A stretch of DNA of 63,165 nucleotides, counting the filler, from Octopus bimaculoides (Eukaryota): NCBI RefSeq assembly GCF_001194135.2. It is 5 parts of 5 records of this genome, joined end to end, with 100 filler letters (N's around TTAATTAATTAA, not from the genome) between each part and the next. Parts side by side here need not be neighbours in the genome. Positions count along the whole stretch, not along the records: positions 27,521 to 37,760 come from NC_068987.1; positions 37,861 to 48,532 come from NC_068984.1; 3 more parts are not named here. One strand, written 5' to 3'. Positions 34,148 to 47,957 of this stretch are shown in pieces; positions within the stretch are counted from its first letter, which is position 1; each line of letters opens with the position of its first letter. The translations under genes and the position numbers were made by a program. The notes beneath the pieces were generated by a model that ran no database searches, was not told the DNA's origin, and worked only from the letters and a program-made list of their open reading frames with translations.

Positions 34148-37100
34148 AATATATATATGCTTCACTTAAAGTTACCATGCCCGAAACGTCCTGTGATTTT
34201 TTGATGAGGTCGGAATGAAAAGGCACTGGCAGTAAGAGGAAAATGTAGTTTGAGGGATGATAGACTGCGGTGGTTTTGCCCAGATGTAAACAGAATCAGT
34301 ATAAAAGAATAGACTCTAAATGAGCAAAAATATGAAAATTATGCAAAATAAATTCTGTACTGAAAAATTGATAATGATGTTACAATACGGGAAAAAATAC
34401 ATGAAGAAAACAACTACAATAATGACGAGGACGATAGCTATGGTATTCATGGTAATGATGGTAATAATGGTTCTGTTGATGTGAAAGTTTAAAATAAGAC
34501 ACAAGGAAAGCAAGTTCCTAATGGCTGTATGTTTACGCTTCTATTCCAACCACATTTATAAGAACCTTTATACACACAAATGTCCTTACTGAATAAAAAT
34601 AGACGAATGAATTATATAAAACAGGAAATAAAGTAACTGGTGCTGTCTAATACAGGTAAATGAACAGAAATATTCATCTCTTCTAAATAACGTTTCTCGT
34701 TTATGACAATAAAGTATCTAATTGCGAAAGAACAATAAAACCCGCAACAAAGATGTTTACAATAGTAGCAATATCAACAACAACATGAAAAGAAAATCAA
34801 GACACAGCAATAGGGAAGATATATTTCTTTTAAACAATCTGAAAGCCAATTATGTTGTGTTGTGTATTATGTAACGATTGAAATAGGTTCCACTCAACTT
34901 GAAACCAACCTTTCTCTTCTTTTTTATTGATACAAACATGGCGTCAATTTCAACATATTCTGTATCTTCTTACATAATATCATTATGGTTGTCATCATCT
35001 TCCGTCGGCGTCGTCGTAGTCATCGTCATCGTCGTCGTCGTCGTCGACGTCGTCCTCATCACCATCATCATCATCATCGTCATCATCATGAAAAATTCTT
35101 GCCGTCATTCCGTCGTCGTTGCCAAAATCTTCCTTATTGCTAAACAACCATTATGACATCATGATCTCTTATGTTAAAATACTTTATGATTATGGATATA
35201 TTTGAAATTATGCCGTGACACACAGACACGCGTGAAGATAGATATTCACATCCATCCATACATGATATGATGTCATAAATCGCCTTATAAGGATACTAGC
35301 TGTAACTACGACATATATTACAAAACAACTCAGTCAATGGCATCACTGTAACGGCCAACATTATCAAAAATTTCAGATCCCTCTGCACCATTAATAATCG
35401 TTAATAACATAACTACACTCTTCACCAAAAACGATATCAATAACAGCGTCGCTACTTCTACAGACGCGAACACTGAACCACCACCATCACTATTATCGTT
35501 ATTATCATAATTAACATCTAAATCAGTCAATAAACTCAATGTTTATCTGTAATGAAGGATTTCAATTGAAGCAAATCACACAATAATACAGACATGTATA
35601 CATATGTGTTCTTCGTTGCGCAGAAAACGCAAACACATATAACTACATAGACAAATACACAAAGACTCTAAGGCAATCGCAATGCAGAAACGTACACCCA
35701 TCCACACTCATGCACACACTTAAACAGAGATGAACACTGGGAAAGCAACAAGGACGCATAGTTTTAACACATATTTGAATAACAGTTAAAGGTAAGTTTT
35801 GTGTTCATTTTCTTTAGGAAATACAAAGTGACATACATAACAACAGGTTTTAACATCTTGTCCAACTTAATTACAGGGTTGAATTGCGAACTAATAGAGA
35901 TGTGATGTATAGAAAAATATTAAAAGGTATCTTGTCGTTCTTTTCTTTCTGTTTTATTTCTTTAATAAATTATATTTCTCTAGTTGTTGCCTGAAATTAA
36001 ACCTTAATTATTCGACTACTTAATTCAACAAATAAAAATGACAAAACTGAAAACGAGAGAAAAAAATGATGTAATGAACACCTCGATACATGTTTTTGCT
36101 GTTCTATTAGCTGATCATGCCAATGATGATGATGATGATGATGATAATAATGAAGGTGATGGTGGTGGTGCTGATGGTGTCAGTGGTGGTTTTGATACTG
36201 ATGCTGGATGATGATAATATAGATGGTTCTCTTGTTTATCTAAAGCAGATTTGATGATGGAATTAATGATGATTGCTCAAAAGACCTGGGGTCCATTTTG
36301 ATTAACAGAATTTTTAAAAACGTGTTTTACGATTTCGATTTAATTGATAGTATAAAAGATATTAATTATTTCAACATTATCTTTATTACAGTTGTATGCA
36401 CTGCGGTTGGTGTACTTTTAAGAAGTGTAGTTCAGGAATGTTGTAAATATAGAGAGGTGATGGCTAAGGATATATTTCTTCTTGTTGCCATTGTTGTTAT
36501 TGTTGTCGCGATTCTTTCTGCTGAGTTTTAATTAGTTCCTTTGTTTTTCACATTGATGTTCTTAAATATTTAATAAATATCTAAAACTATGAAATAAAGA
36601 ATATAAAACAGCAGAAATAAATTGCTATTTTTGTATTTATTTTGTAGCGGTTTAATTTTCTTAGAAAGCCAGCTACATACTAATCAGTTCCTGTTTTACC
36701 ACCTTGGTTAAACTTCTGCTGACAAGACGTTAGTGATTTCCAGCATCTTATATGTCAGTCTCACTCTCACCAAACTATTAGGGAGATTTGTTACTATCTT
36801 ATTTTCATTAGTGAAGAAAATGACAGTATTTGCCGCAATATAATTCACCGTTATTTATCATGTGTTAGACTAGTATTAGGAGTATAAATTATTTGAATTG
36901 TATTTTACAATCAGTTGATCAAATCTTTTGCCCTATCAGGCAATTAGAAACATTGCACTTTTAGATGATGCTATTTGCTCTCCATTAATTAAAAAAAAGG
37001 TGTTATGACTGATTTTCTCTCGATTTCAGCCTTGTTTCTGATATGATCTTTTGTTTGTTGATTTTGAAACTCTTTCCAGGAATGGTTGCAAGATGAAAAG

Positions 37101-37214
37101 CATTCTTTAAAGCGATTGTCCTAATTTATACGCAACTCTGTCTATATGTATCGACGGTTACTTCACGTTCTAATGAGCCTGTGTTGAAGTAGTTATGGCT
37201 ACCTTCACTAGCTC

Positions 37215-37580
37215 GTCTCCCACCCTACTTTCAAAATAATGTTTGGCCTATTCGCATCTATCTTTCTCTCTGTTTGAATGGTGAAGTACCAGACGAGTGA
37301 GATGTGATATTTTTCAAGCACTAGAGGCGGCTTGTGTTCCCATCAGTTTTTATCGTGGTGTAGGTCCAAATTTTTGTAAATTATCCAGTGAATATATTGT
37401 GCAGCTCTATCATTCCAGGTGAGATACTCTGTAGGCGCAAGAAGAGTGCACATGGGGACAACATGGTCAATAGTTTGATTTTGTTGTTGACATACACATG
37501 TTGGGCCAGTGTCTTTCTAAAATATGCTGGCCTGGAATTTTCTTGTAGGTAGGTATTGATCCTGGGATGCTATGATAAAC
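37215..37580 (-). mobile_element. R4/Dong-like fragment (CCHC to RLE start)
   Basis: GFIIASQDQYLPTR...QTIDHVV.MC.LLAPTEYL.WNDRAAQYIHW...TIQTERKIDANRPNII; the 5' end abuts (TTA)n at 37594-37760. Confidence 0.75.
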
Positions 37581-37592
37581 CCTTCTGTTTCT

Positions 37593-37593
<1 letters not shown>

Positions 37594-37627
<34 letters not shown>

Positions 37628-37649
37628 GTTATTTTTATTATTATTATTA

Positions 37650-37691
<42 letters not shown>

Positions 37692-37697
37692 TTATTA

Positions 37698-37742
<45 letters not shown>

Positions 37743-37760
37743 TTATTATTTTTATTATTA
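37594..37760. repeat. (TTA)n microsatellite
   Basis: Direct reading. Confidence 0.97.
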
Positions 37761-37860
37761 NNNNNNNNNNNNNNNNNNNNNNNNNNNNNNNNNNNNNNNN
37801 NNNNTTAATTAATTAANNNNNNNNNNNNNNNNNNNNNNNNNNNNNNNNNNNNNNNNNNNN
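37761..37860. other. Artificial scaffold join
   Basis: N44-TTAATTAATTAA-N44. Confidence 0.95.
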
Positions 37861-37893
<33 letters not shown>

Positions 37894-38469
37894 TATACAC
37901 AGAGATGGATATGTATGGATATATATATAAAATGTGTCTATATATATATACTCTCTTCAATATTGATTCACAAAGAAGCATACACACACATGTCTACACG
38001 CATATATTCCTATCTGCGTGTTCGTATATATATCCCTGCATTCTTTATGCCTGCTCTTCATGCGCGTGAAGCCAACACTATATGGAATGGTGTGGCTGAT
38101 ATTTCGCTAAATTTATTCACAATGGCAAACGTGCGCACGCACACACTCACATATACACGCGCGCGTACACACACACACACACACACACACAGACACACAC
38201 ACCAAGCACACTCATATATACACGCCAAAGAATACTCAAGCACGCTCAAAACACCACCTACAACGTAATTAATGTATCTCTATATGTGTATGTAACCGTA
38301 TTTTTGCGTCCTTGGGTGCTGTGATTTACAATTACACACACACACACACACACTAATATCTTTATGTATATATGTATAGATGGACACAACATATATATAT
38401 GGTTAGATAGATAGACAGATAGAAGATATATATATATATATATATGTATATATGCACACGCCTATAAGC

Positions 38470-38506
<37 letters not shown>

Positions 38507-39452
38507 NNNNNNNNNNNNNNNNNNNNNNNNNNNNNNNNNNNNNNNNNNNNNNNNNNNNNNNNNNNNNNNNNNNNNNNNNNNNNNNNNNNNNNNNNNNNNN
38601 NNNNNNNNNNNNNNNNNNNNNNNNNNNNNNNNNNNNNNNNNNNNNNNNNNNNNNNNNNNNNNNNNNNNNNNNNNNNNNNNNNNNNNNNNNNNNNNNNNNN
38701 NNNNNNNNNNNNNNNNNNNNNNNNNNNNNNNNNNNNNNNNNNNNNNNNNNNNNNNNNNNNNNNNNNNNNNNNNNNNNNNNNNNNNNNNNNNNNNNNNNNN
38801 NNNNNNNNNNNNNNNNNNNNNNNNNNNNNNNNNNNNNNNNNNNNNNNNNNNNNNNNNNNNNNNNNNNNNNNNNNNNNNNNNNNNNNNNNNNNNNNNNNNN
38901 NNNNNNNNNNNNNNNNNNNNNNNNNNNNNNNNNNNNNNNNNNNNNNNNNNNNNNNNNNNNNNNNNNNNNNNNNNNNNNNNNNNNNNNNNNNNNNNNNNNN
39001 NNNNNNNNNNNNNNNNNNNNNNNNNNNNNNNNNNNNNNNNNNNNNNNNNNNNNNNNNNNNNNNNNNNNNNNNNNNNNNNNNNNNNNNNNNNNNNNNNNNN
39101 NNNNNNNNNNNNNNNNNNNNNNNNNNNNNNNNNNNNNNNNNNNNNNNNNNNNNNNNNNNNNNNNNNNNNNNNNNNNNNNNNNNNNNNNNNNNNNNNNNNN
39201 NNNNNNNNNNNNNNNNNNNNNNNNNNNNNNNNNNNNNNNNNNNNNNNNNNNNNNNNNNNNNNNNNNNNNNNNNNNNNNNNNNNNNNNNNNNNNNNNNNNN
39301 NNNNNNNNNNNNNNNNNNNNNNNNNNNNNNNNNNNNNNNNNNNNNNNNNNNNNNNNNNNNNNNNNNNNNNNNNNNNNNNNNNNNNNNNNNNNNNNNNNNN
39401 NNNNNNNNNNNNNNNNNNNNNNNNNNNNNNNNNNNNNNNNNNNNNNNNNNNN

Positions 39453-39492
<40 letters not shown>

Positions 39493-39556
39493 GTATATAT
39501 ATATATATAGACACATCGACATATGCATATACATATACATACACACACACAAACAC

Positions 39557-39592
<36 letters not shown>

Positions 39593-40369
39593 GCACACAC
39601 ATATATATATGTATTTATATGTATATGTGTGAATGTGTTTATTGGTGCGTATATATTTTATGTATGTAGTCTTACCTATACACGTATACATACATTGACA
39701 CGAACAGACACACACACACGATCACACATCTCTATATAAGTAAAGAAATATTTATATATGTATATACGTATGCATACATTTATCACATACACAGACAGCC
39801 ATATATATATTTATGCTTTAATAGTCATATATATACATATATATATATTTCTATATGTCTATGTACATGCATGTCCCCCCTCTCTCTCCCTACACACACA
39901 CGCAACCACACACCCACTCACACACATATATATAGAGGGAGAAATACTTACATTTGTAAGTATATACATATGCGTAAATATATATATATTTATATTATGT
40001 ATTCGAATAAATACGTACATATGTATATGCATATGTATATATATATGTGCGTGTGCATATGTGTTTCTGTGTGTGTGTGTGTATGTGCTTTACGTATATG
40101 CATGCATACGTTTATGGCATGTATATATGGGATTCTGTGCGTTGAAGGGTCCGCGTGTAGGTGCGCAACCACGAATTACTGAACGCGACCTTACACACGT
40201 TTTAATAGCCTGCTTGCGTGATTACCGTTGATTCAATATGTTCGCACAGCCCTTGTGTTTATCTGTTTTGTTTTGTTGTTATGTTGCTTCTGTGTTTTTT
40301 TCTTTTCCTGATTGCATGCTTCTCTCAAGCTTTTACCAGTTTTGCAGTCATCCCATTATTACCAACACG

Positions 40370-41360
40370 ACACCTCCGCCACAAAAAACCCCAACTAACC
40401 ACATCACCACCACCACAACCACAACCACCACCACAACCACCACCACCACCACCACCACCACGATCGCCACCAGCCTCGTTCATATTATCATCACAGCTAT
40501 CAATACCGTCTCTGCTGACCCTCCCCCTCGAAAGACAATCTCGTTTACTCTCACTCTCCACATCACTGTCATTGCCACCGTTACTTCTACCGACAGCACC
40601 GCCGCCGCCACATAAAGAAGGAGAACAAAACAACAACAACAACAACAGCAACAACAACAACAACAACAACAACAACNNNNNNNNNNNNNNNNNNNNNNNN
40701 NNNNNNNNNNNNNNNNNNNNNNNNNNNNNNNNNNNNNNNNNNNNNNNNNNNNNNNNNNNNNNNNNNNNNNNNNNNNNNNNNNNNNNNNNNNNNNNNNNNN
40801 NNNNNNNNNNNNNNNNNNNNNNNNNNNNNNNNNNNNNNNNNNNNNNNNNNNNNNNNNNNNNNNNNNNNNNNNNNNNNNNNNNNNNNNNNNNNNNNNNNNN
40901 NNNNNNNNNNNNNNNNNNNNNNNNNNNNNNNNNNNNNNNNNNNNNNNNNNNNNNNNNNNNNNNNNNNNNNNNNNNNNNNNNNACCACCACCACTACTTCA
41001 ACCGCAACCACCATCACCGCCACCGCAACAACCATCACTACCACAACCACAACGACGACGACGACCACCACCACCACCTTCACCACTATCGACACCACTA
41101 CCACCACCTCCAGTTTCACCACCACCACTACCACCGCCTTCTCCATCGCCATCACTACTACCGCCGCCACCATCACCACACCACACCTTCCCCTCCAGCT
41201 TCACCACCACTACCACCACCACCAAATCCACCAACACCATCATCACCACCACCACTATCACCTTCCCCATCACCTTCACCAAAAGAACCACCACCACCAC
41301 TACAACCACCACCATCACCACCACCACACCACACCACCATCACCACCACCACCATAGCCA
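40370..41360. repeat. Compound (ACC)n/(AAC)n low-complexity tract with a gap
   Basis: Direct reading. Confidence 0.9.
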
Positions 41361-41702
41361 CAGCCAACGAGCTCCCAGAAATGACAGGCAAATATTCCTC
41401 CAATGACATTGCGCGAGCCAATGACGGAGCGTTATGTAGCCGTTTGATATACTAGAAATAGTAGCCAACATATTCCTCAACCCCACTCTAGCATCTTAAT
41501 AAAAAGTATGTTGAATGAGGTGGTACTGTGTTCTTTTCAAATACTGAAGCGGCGTGTTATATGTGCTAGTTTGCGGCGTGCATATCACGTGACCGAAGGA
41601 GTTCAAGCCATGGAAGGTTCTTATTGAGGTTGGTAGTCTCGTGATAGTTGGTGCGCTGATATGTTGTGCATTGCTTCACTCTGTGATTTGAAAGCTGCAC
41701 CG

Positions 41703-42267
41703 ATGCACATGCAACAGAGTCTAATTCGTGAACTTATGCTTTACGAGTTCGAACAAGCCTTGGAAGCAATTAAGAATGTCAATGAGTTGAAGGTGCAGTT
41801 GATCACAGGACAATAACCAGATGGTTCAAGAAATTGCTCTCGAGTTCAAGAACCTCAACGATCAGGCAAGGTCAGGAAGGCCTACAACCGTGAATTCCGA
41901 AGCCGTACTCCAAGCCATAGACGTAATTCTAGCGAGAAGCATTCGGAGAGTATCAGACGAAATCTGCATCTCACAGACGTATGAAATTGTGGGGGTAAAA
42001 ATACCCGGCATTTGGTTGACAGATAACAAGCTCTTCTTCAACCAGACGGCACAAGATCTCATACCGCTCGAACGACCCGAAATAAATTCTAGGGACATGA
42101 AGGAAATGAACTGATGCCACACCCAGCATATAGTGTGGAACAAGCACTCTCGGATTTTAACTTGTTCCGATCCATCGTACACTTTCTGTGTTCGCAATGC
42201 ATCGTCAACCAAGAGAAGGTGAAAGCTGCAATGAAGGAGTTATTTGCCTCGAAAGCCAAGAACTGGC
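41703..42267 (+). mobile_element. Mariner transposase relic (internally deleted)
   Basis: N-terminal MQQSLIRELMLYEF..., TITRWFKK, NLNDQARSGRP; C-terminal PHPAYS...SDFNLFRS...FASK. Confidence 0.8.
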
Positions 42268-42563
42268 AGAATCGTTAGCACGCCGGGCGAAATAAAAGAA
42301 AAACATTTAACAATATTACTGAAAATAAATGCAATACTTATCTTATCGAAGCTTTAGTTTAATCATATTAGATTCAAAGATCGAGATGTAGGAAGAAAGT
42401 TAGCTTCAAGCAAACCGTAGTAAATATAACAAAATCAACTTTCAGGGACAATTGTGGTTTATTGAGGCGAAAGGTAGTGGCTTTTTTTTTTCTTATCGAA
42501 GTAGGATAAATTGAAAAAAGTTCTTTTTTTATATTTCACAGTAGGCAACCAGGGTAGCCGGGT

Positions 42564-42908
42564 ATGCGAATAAGAATACAAGAGATAAAGAATTGAGCAG
42601 ATAAGATCCGGGCTACATATATTTCCTAGCGAGCCGAATCTCGGAAGTGGTAAATGTCCAAGAGAGGTGCATACCACAGGCTACTCTTCAGGCCAAGGAT
42701 ATCTTGATTAAATGAAAGTTTACATTGCCGCAAGGATGTACATGTTGACACATGGAAGATTCAGTCAAGATATCGTTGGCCTAAAGTGTAGCCTGCGGTA
42801 TACACCTCGCTCGGATATTTACCATTCCTGAGGTTCCACTCTCTATGAAACATATGTAGCCCGGATCTTATCTCCTTCATTCTTTATCTCTTGCATTCGT
42901 ATTCGCAT
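42564..42908. mobile_element. Fold-back/MITE-like element: 150-bp inverted arms around a 45-bp loop
   Basis: 42564-42713 is the reverse complement of 42759-42908, with about 24 mismatches by eye. Confidence 0.75.
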
Positions 42909-43151
42909 GTATGTGTGTGTGTGTTTGTGTATGTATGCATATATGTATGTATGTATGTATGTATGGATATATATACATATATATATATATTTATATTTAT
43001 ATATATATATATACATACATACACACTACATTTATATACACAGGCACGCCCATTGTCAGACGATTTAAATTTAGATATACAGAAAGTTGATAACCAGACA
43101 TACAGATAGATAGACAGATAATATCTATTCACAACGCATTGTTAATCATAT

Positions 43152-43197
<46 letters not shown>

Positions 43198-43723
43198 GCA
43201 TTCTATCATGAATAGAAGCACTATCTTCCTCTGTCTCCTCCTGGTCATCATCATCAGCAGCAGCAGCAACAGCATCAACATCATTCTTCGCAGCAGTGGT
43301 TTGCATTCTATCTTTTGAGCAGCCATTACAAAATTCAATCATGTTTCCAGGAACCAGTTCAAACTATTATGACCTCTGCTGACCTTTCATTTTCAAATCC
43401 TTATACATACACATATATATATTTACATATGCATCGATCCAGCAGGCTCTCTCTAGACACCATCTCCTCCTCCTCCTCTTCTCCCGTCACTCCTCCCATC
43501 ACTCCTTGTCTTCTGACATCTACAAAAGCTAGCAACATCATCGAGGATTGCTCGTTGAAAACGTTTCCTTCGCTGTTGTTGCCGTTGTTGCCGTTGTTGT
43601 TGCTGTTGTTGTTGTTGTTGTTGTTGATGTTCTTCTTAATAGTGTTGTTGCTATTGCTGTTGGAGTATAATTATTTTTGCCGTTATTAATGTCATTGATG
43701 TTATCATCATCACTATCCTCATC

Positions 43724-43724
<1 letters not shown>

Positions 43725-43782
<58 letters not shown>

Positions 43783-43872
43783 CATTATTATTATTATTAT
43801 TATTATTATTGTTATTGTTGTTGTTGTTGTTGTTGTTGTGGCTGTTGTCATCATCATCATCATCATCATCAT
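43725..43872. repeat. Compound (TTA)n(TTG)n(TCA)n microsatellite
   Basis: Direct reading. Confidence 0.95.
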
Positions 43873-43876
43873 CGTT

Positions 43877-44085
43877 AAGGCGGCGCGCTGGCAGAAACGT
43901 TAGCACACCGGGCGAAATGCTTAGCGGTATTTCGTTTGCCGTTACGTTCTGAATTCAAATTCCGCCGAGGTCGACTTTCCCTTTCATCCATTCGGGGTCG
44001 ATAAGTTAAGTACCAGTTGCCTACTTGGGTCGATATCATCGACTGGCCCCCTCCCCACGAATTTCTAGCTTTGTGCTAATATTTG
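43877..44085 (+). mobile_element. SINE family A
   Basis: AAGGCGGCGCGCTGGCAGAAACGTTAGCACACCGGGCGAAATGCTTAGCGG...TTCAAATTCCGCCGAGGTCGAC. Confidence 0.85.
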
Positions 44086-44424
44086 AAACAAATATCAGCT
44101 GGGTAATACAATGCAAAAATTCATGTACACATTATGTATACCTCTCCATCGTGTGTGTGGTGTGTATATATGGTCGTTCTCACCTCTCTAGAAATAGCAG
44201 TTACATCAACCTTAGATCAAACATTATCAACTTGAAATAAGGAAAGAACACATCAGCTGACGTAGTACCTGATAACCCTATGACAGTCATGATCCAATGA
44301 CAGCCCCATCCGGGTAACCAGGGGTTAAACCCACAAAAACAATAACAACACCAGCAGCGGTAGTAACAACAACAACAACATGAAAACAAATAAGAGCTAC
44401 CCCTTGATAATTGAAATAAATAAT

Positions 44425-44636
44425 CTTTCTTACTCTAGACACAAGGCTCGAAATTTTGGGGAAGAGGGACAGTCGATTAGATCAACCTCAATACGCAACT
44501 GGTACTTAATTTATCGACCCCGAGAGGATGAAAGGTGAAGTCGATCTCAGCGGAATTTGAACTCAGAACGTAAAGACAGACGAAATACTGCTAAGCATTT
44601 CGCCCGGCGTGCTAACGATTCTGCCAGCTCGCCGCC
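44425..44636 (-). mobile_element. SINE family A (young, near consensus)
   Basis: GGCGGCGAGCTGGCAGAATCGTTAGCACGCCGGGCGAAATGCTTAGC on the minus strand. Confidence 0.85.
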
Positions 44637-45252
44637 AATCGAAAGATCAAACACTGTAGTAATGACAACATTGACCAAAACGCAATCCCTTTGGCTGTGT
44701 AGTAACATACAGCGCCACCTATCATTTTATACAAAGGACAAAACTTTGGGAATCTAGAAACGTTGGAAAACAAACCATAAAGGGCTCGTACCGATAAAAG
44801 GTAAAATTAGGGCGAAGTCATGGCTTCTAACACGAACGACCGCACACACACACACACATTTGTATACAGTGTACGCACACATACGTGTTGTTCTGTCAAT
44901 CAGAACCTATATTGAACATCTAAAGGAATTCTAGGCGTTCAGATATAATGGAGTCCTGTCAATGCAAATGTCGAATATAGTTATTATAGTAATCTAGTGA
45001 CAAACAAATAAATAAATGTGTGTGTGTATTTGTATGCGTGTGTGTGTATTTGTATGTGTGCGTGTGTGAGTATTTGTGCGTGTGTGTATTTGTGTGTATG
45101 TGTGTGTGTGAGAGACCATATGTGTACATATATTGGTCTTGTATTTTGCAAAAATGACCCACAAATGATACAGCACACACATACACATGCATACACACAC
45201 AGAGGCACGCAAACATATACACACACGCTCGAACACACACACACATACGCAT

Positions 45253-45303
<51 letters not shown>

Positions 45304-46271
45304 AATCAGAAAACACACATTAACGTGGATATCAAAATATTCTTGGATCAATCGGGGTTTTTTTTCTGTGACGAAGATGGATGCTGGTTTCCTTTGAATT
45401 CTTTCACTTCTAACACATGGAAATATCTCAACATGTTCAACCCTATCGCTCCACCAATATTTTGATGTCCTTGCTGATATATTCTCATTGATACATATTT
45501 TTATGTCACCAAACGACTAGAACAATAATTATACTCTGAGCAAATAAAAGAAAAAAACGTTTGTTCCTTTACCTGCAACACATGCAAATACATTCTGTGA
45601 TATCGGTTCCGATTGAAATTAATATTTAGTTTCTGGTGAATGTCAAAAGATAGACCGTTGCCTGCCATCTACCGGAATCTCACGCCAAACAAGAGATCTG
45701 TGGATGCAATCTTATAATATCTCAATTCCACTTCTCTTTGATGACTTTGTTACTCGGAAAACTGTCGATCGTTTAAACGTTATCGTTCCTTCTTTTTTCT
45801 AACTTTACGAATATACTGCAACTTGCAACGCAGAAAATAATAATAGGAAGAATAAAAGAAAAAAAAAACTTGTTATTTTTCGCTTCTGATATCTCTGCAC
45901 TGATGATCCATCCATAAGGTACGAGACGTAACATACTGTCGAAGAGAAGCCTCCGTTGCGAATAAGCGAATAATCTCTGTTATAGTTGCGTACGTAAGGG
46001 CAAGGCGGCGAGGGGCGTGGTCCGCCGCAGCCGATGTTTTTATGAGGGCATGGTGGACAACAGGTGTTTGTGGAAACTTTAAGGGCTGCCCTGGGCGACA
46101 CACATTCTCCCTGTACCGCTTCTCTATTATATGTATTGAGTGCTATTTTTACACAAGTTTGTATTTTCAGTGACACATTACACACACACACACACACGCA
46201 CACACACACACACACACCACATACATACACACACACACATACATACGCACAGTGACATTCACATACACGTA

Positions 46272-46489
46272 CGAGGGTATGCTGAAAAATTCCAGGGTGT
46301 GGTTAAAAGAGAATTCAAGAAGATCGGTTAATTATGGTTCCATTTAACGAATTCCTTCTCTCAGATTCTGCCACTTATTGTAGGGCTGCTTCAGCTTTTC
46401 TGAGCCCAGTAAAAGAATTCGGAAGGTTGGTTGTCCAACCAGGCCTATCGCGATGCCCTTAAGGCCAGTAAGTTTTCAGCACCCCCTGA
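46272..46489. mobile_element. Mariner-type MITE (218 bp) flanked by TA
   Basis: Left end TA|CGAGGGTATGCTGAAAAATT and right end AAGTTTTCAGCACCCCCTGA|TA form imperfect 20-bp terminal inverted repeats with a TA duplication. Confidence 0.6.
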
Positions 46490-46734
46490 TATATATGTGT
46501 GTGTGTCGGAAGGTTTAGAAATGAAACGTTGCTTTCAGTTGAAGTTTTGTTTGTTATCGTCGTGCATTTATTTCTGTGTAATCCTAATTCAGATAACTAA
46601 CGATCCACGTCATTCCTACTGTGACCACCTCATCTGTTCATTAAACAATGTATTTAGGACGAGATTATGAGATTCAACGTTTCTGCTTTTTACAAATGTT
46701 GGAGAGTGATAGGAAGAATTTGGTTGCTATTTCT

Positions 46735-47029
46735 TATTTCTTTATTGCCCACAAGGGGCTAAACATAGAGGGGACAAACAAGGACAGACAAGGAAATTAA
46801 GTCGATTACATCGACTCCCAGTGCGTAACTGGTACTTAATTTATCGACCCCGAAAGGTTGAAAGACNNNNNNNNNNACTCCCAGTGCGTAACTGGTACTT
46901 AATTTATCGACCCCGAAAGGTTGAAAGACAAAGTCGACCCCGAAAGGTTGAAAGGCAAAGTCGACCTCGGCGGAATTTGAACTCAGAACGTAACGGCAGA
47001 CGAAATACCGCAAAGCATTTCGCCCGGCG
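46735..47029 (-). mobile_element. SINE family A (with gap-flank duplication)
   Basis: CGCCGGGCGAAATGC...GAGTTCAAATTCCGCCGAGGTCGACTTTGCCTTTCAACCTTTCGGGGTCG on the minus strand. Confidence 0.8.
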
Positions 47030-47199
47030 CTTTGGACTTACGATACGTTTGCATAATGGCAACGATATATTCGTTTGAAGGTATTCTAATTTAGTTGAAG
47101 AAGCTCAGTGTTAAAATGGAGTTCTGAAGGCCCGTGTTTAATTTCGCTTTTCGGTATATCGATGAGGTTCTGATTTGTCTATGAAAATATTCTGATAAT

Positions 47200-47381
47200 A
47201 CAGTTCTATATTTAAGAGATGTGGAATTATCTACATTATTTACACTATTTACATCTGACGGATTTTTGTCCTCATCTTGTTTGTTGTTAACACAACGTTT
47301 CGGCTGATATACCCTTCAGCCTTCATCAGGTGTCTTGGGGAAATTTCGAACCTGGGTTCTCATTTCTAAGGCATTTTTCGA

Positions 47382-47383
<2 letters not shown>
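47200..47383 (-). mobile_element. Short hammerhead-carrying element (PLE pLTR or retrozyme-like)
   Basis: Non-coding block containing the hammerhead at 47289-47334, abutting (TTA)n at 47383-47445. Boundaries are approximate. Confidence 0.55.
47289..47334 (-). ncRNA. Minimal type I hammerhead ribozyme
   Basis: Minus strand: GACAC-CTGATGA-A-GGCTG-AAGGGTATAT-CAGCC-GAAAC-GTT-GTGTT. Stem I is GACAC/GTGTT, stem II is GGCTG/CAGCC, and stem III is the palindromic ACGT typical of PLE hammerheads. Confidence 0.8.
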
Positions 47384-47441
<58 letters not shown>

Positions 47442-47896
47442 CATTATGTTGTTTTTTTCTCTTCTTTCTTCAAATTTTCTTCTATTTCTCGCCGAGTGTT
47501 TTCCGTACACCTAGGGCAGAGAAACTCGTTGTATACATTCCNNNNNNNNNNNNNNNNNNNNNNNNNNNNNNNNNNNNNNNNNNNNNNNNNNNNNNNNNNN
47601 NNNNNNNNNNNNNNNNNNNNNNNNNNNNNNNNNNNNNNNNNNNNNNNNNNNNNNNNNNNNNNNNNNNNNNNNNNNNNNNNNNNNNNNNNNNNNNNNNNNN
47701 NNNNNNNNNNNNNNNNNNNNNNNNNNNNNNNNNNNNNNNNNNNNNNNNNNNNNNNNNNNNNNNNNNNNNNNNNNNNNNNNNNNNNNNNNNNNNNNNNNNN
47801 NNNNNNNNNNNNNNNNNNNNNNNNNNNNNNNNNNNNNNNNNNNNNNNNNNNNNNNNNNNNNNNNNNNNNNNNNNNNNNNNNNNNNNNNNNNNNNNN

Positions 47897-47957
<61 letters not shown>

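Noticed and set aside
38362-41421. Long ORFs in the supplied track (also 5953-6506, 15797-16563, 25136-26376, 52471-55269, 59213-60273)
   Set aside because: They are open only because of N runs and di- or trinucleotide repeats, apart from the LINE fragments annotated separately.
43315-43952. Ser/Leu/Asn-rich ORFs
   Set aside because: Products of trinucleotide microsatellites; no splice or homology support.
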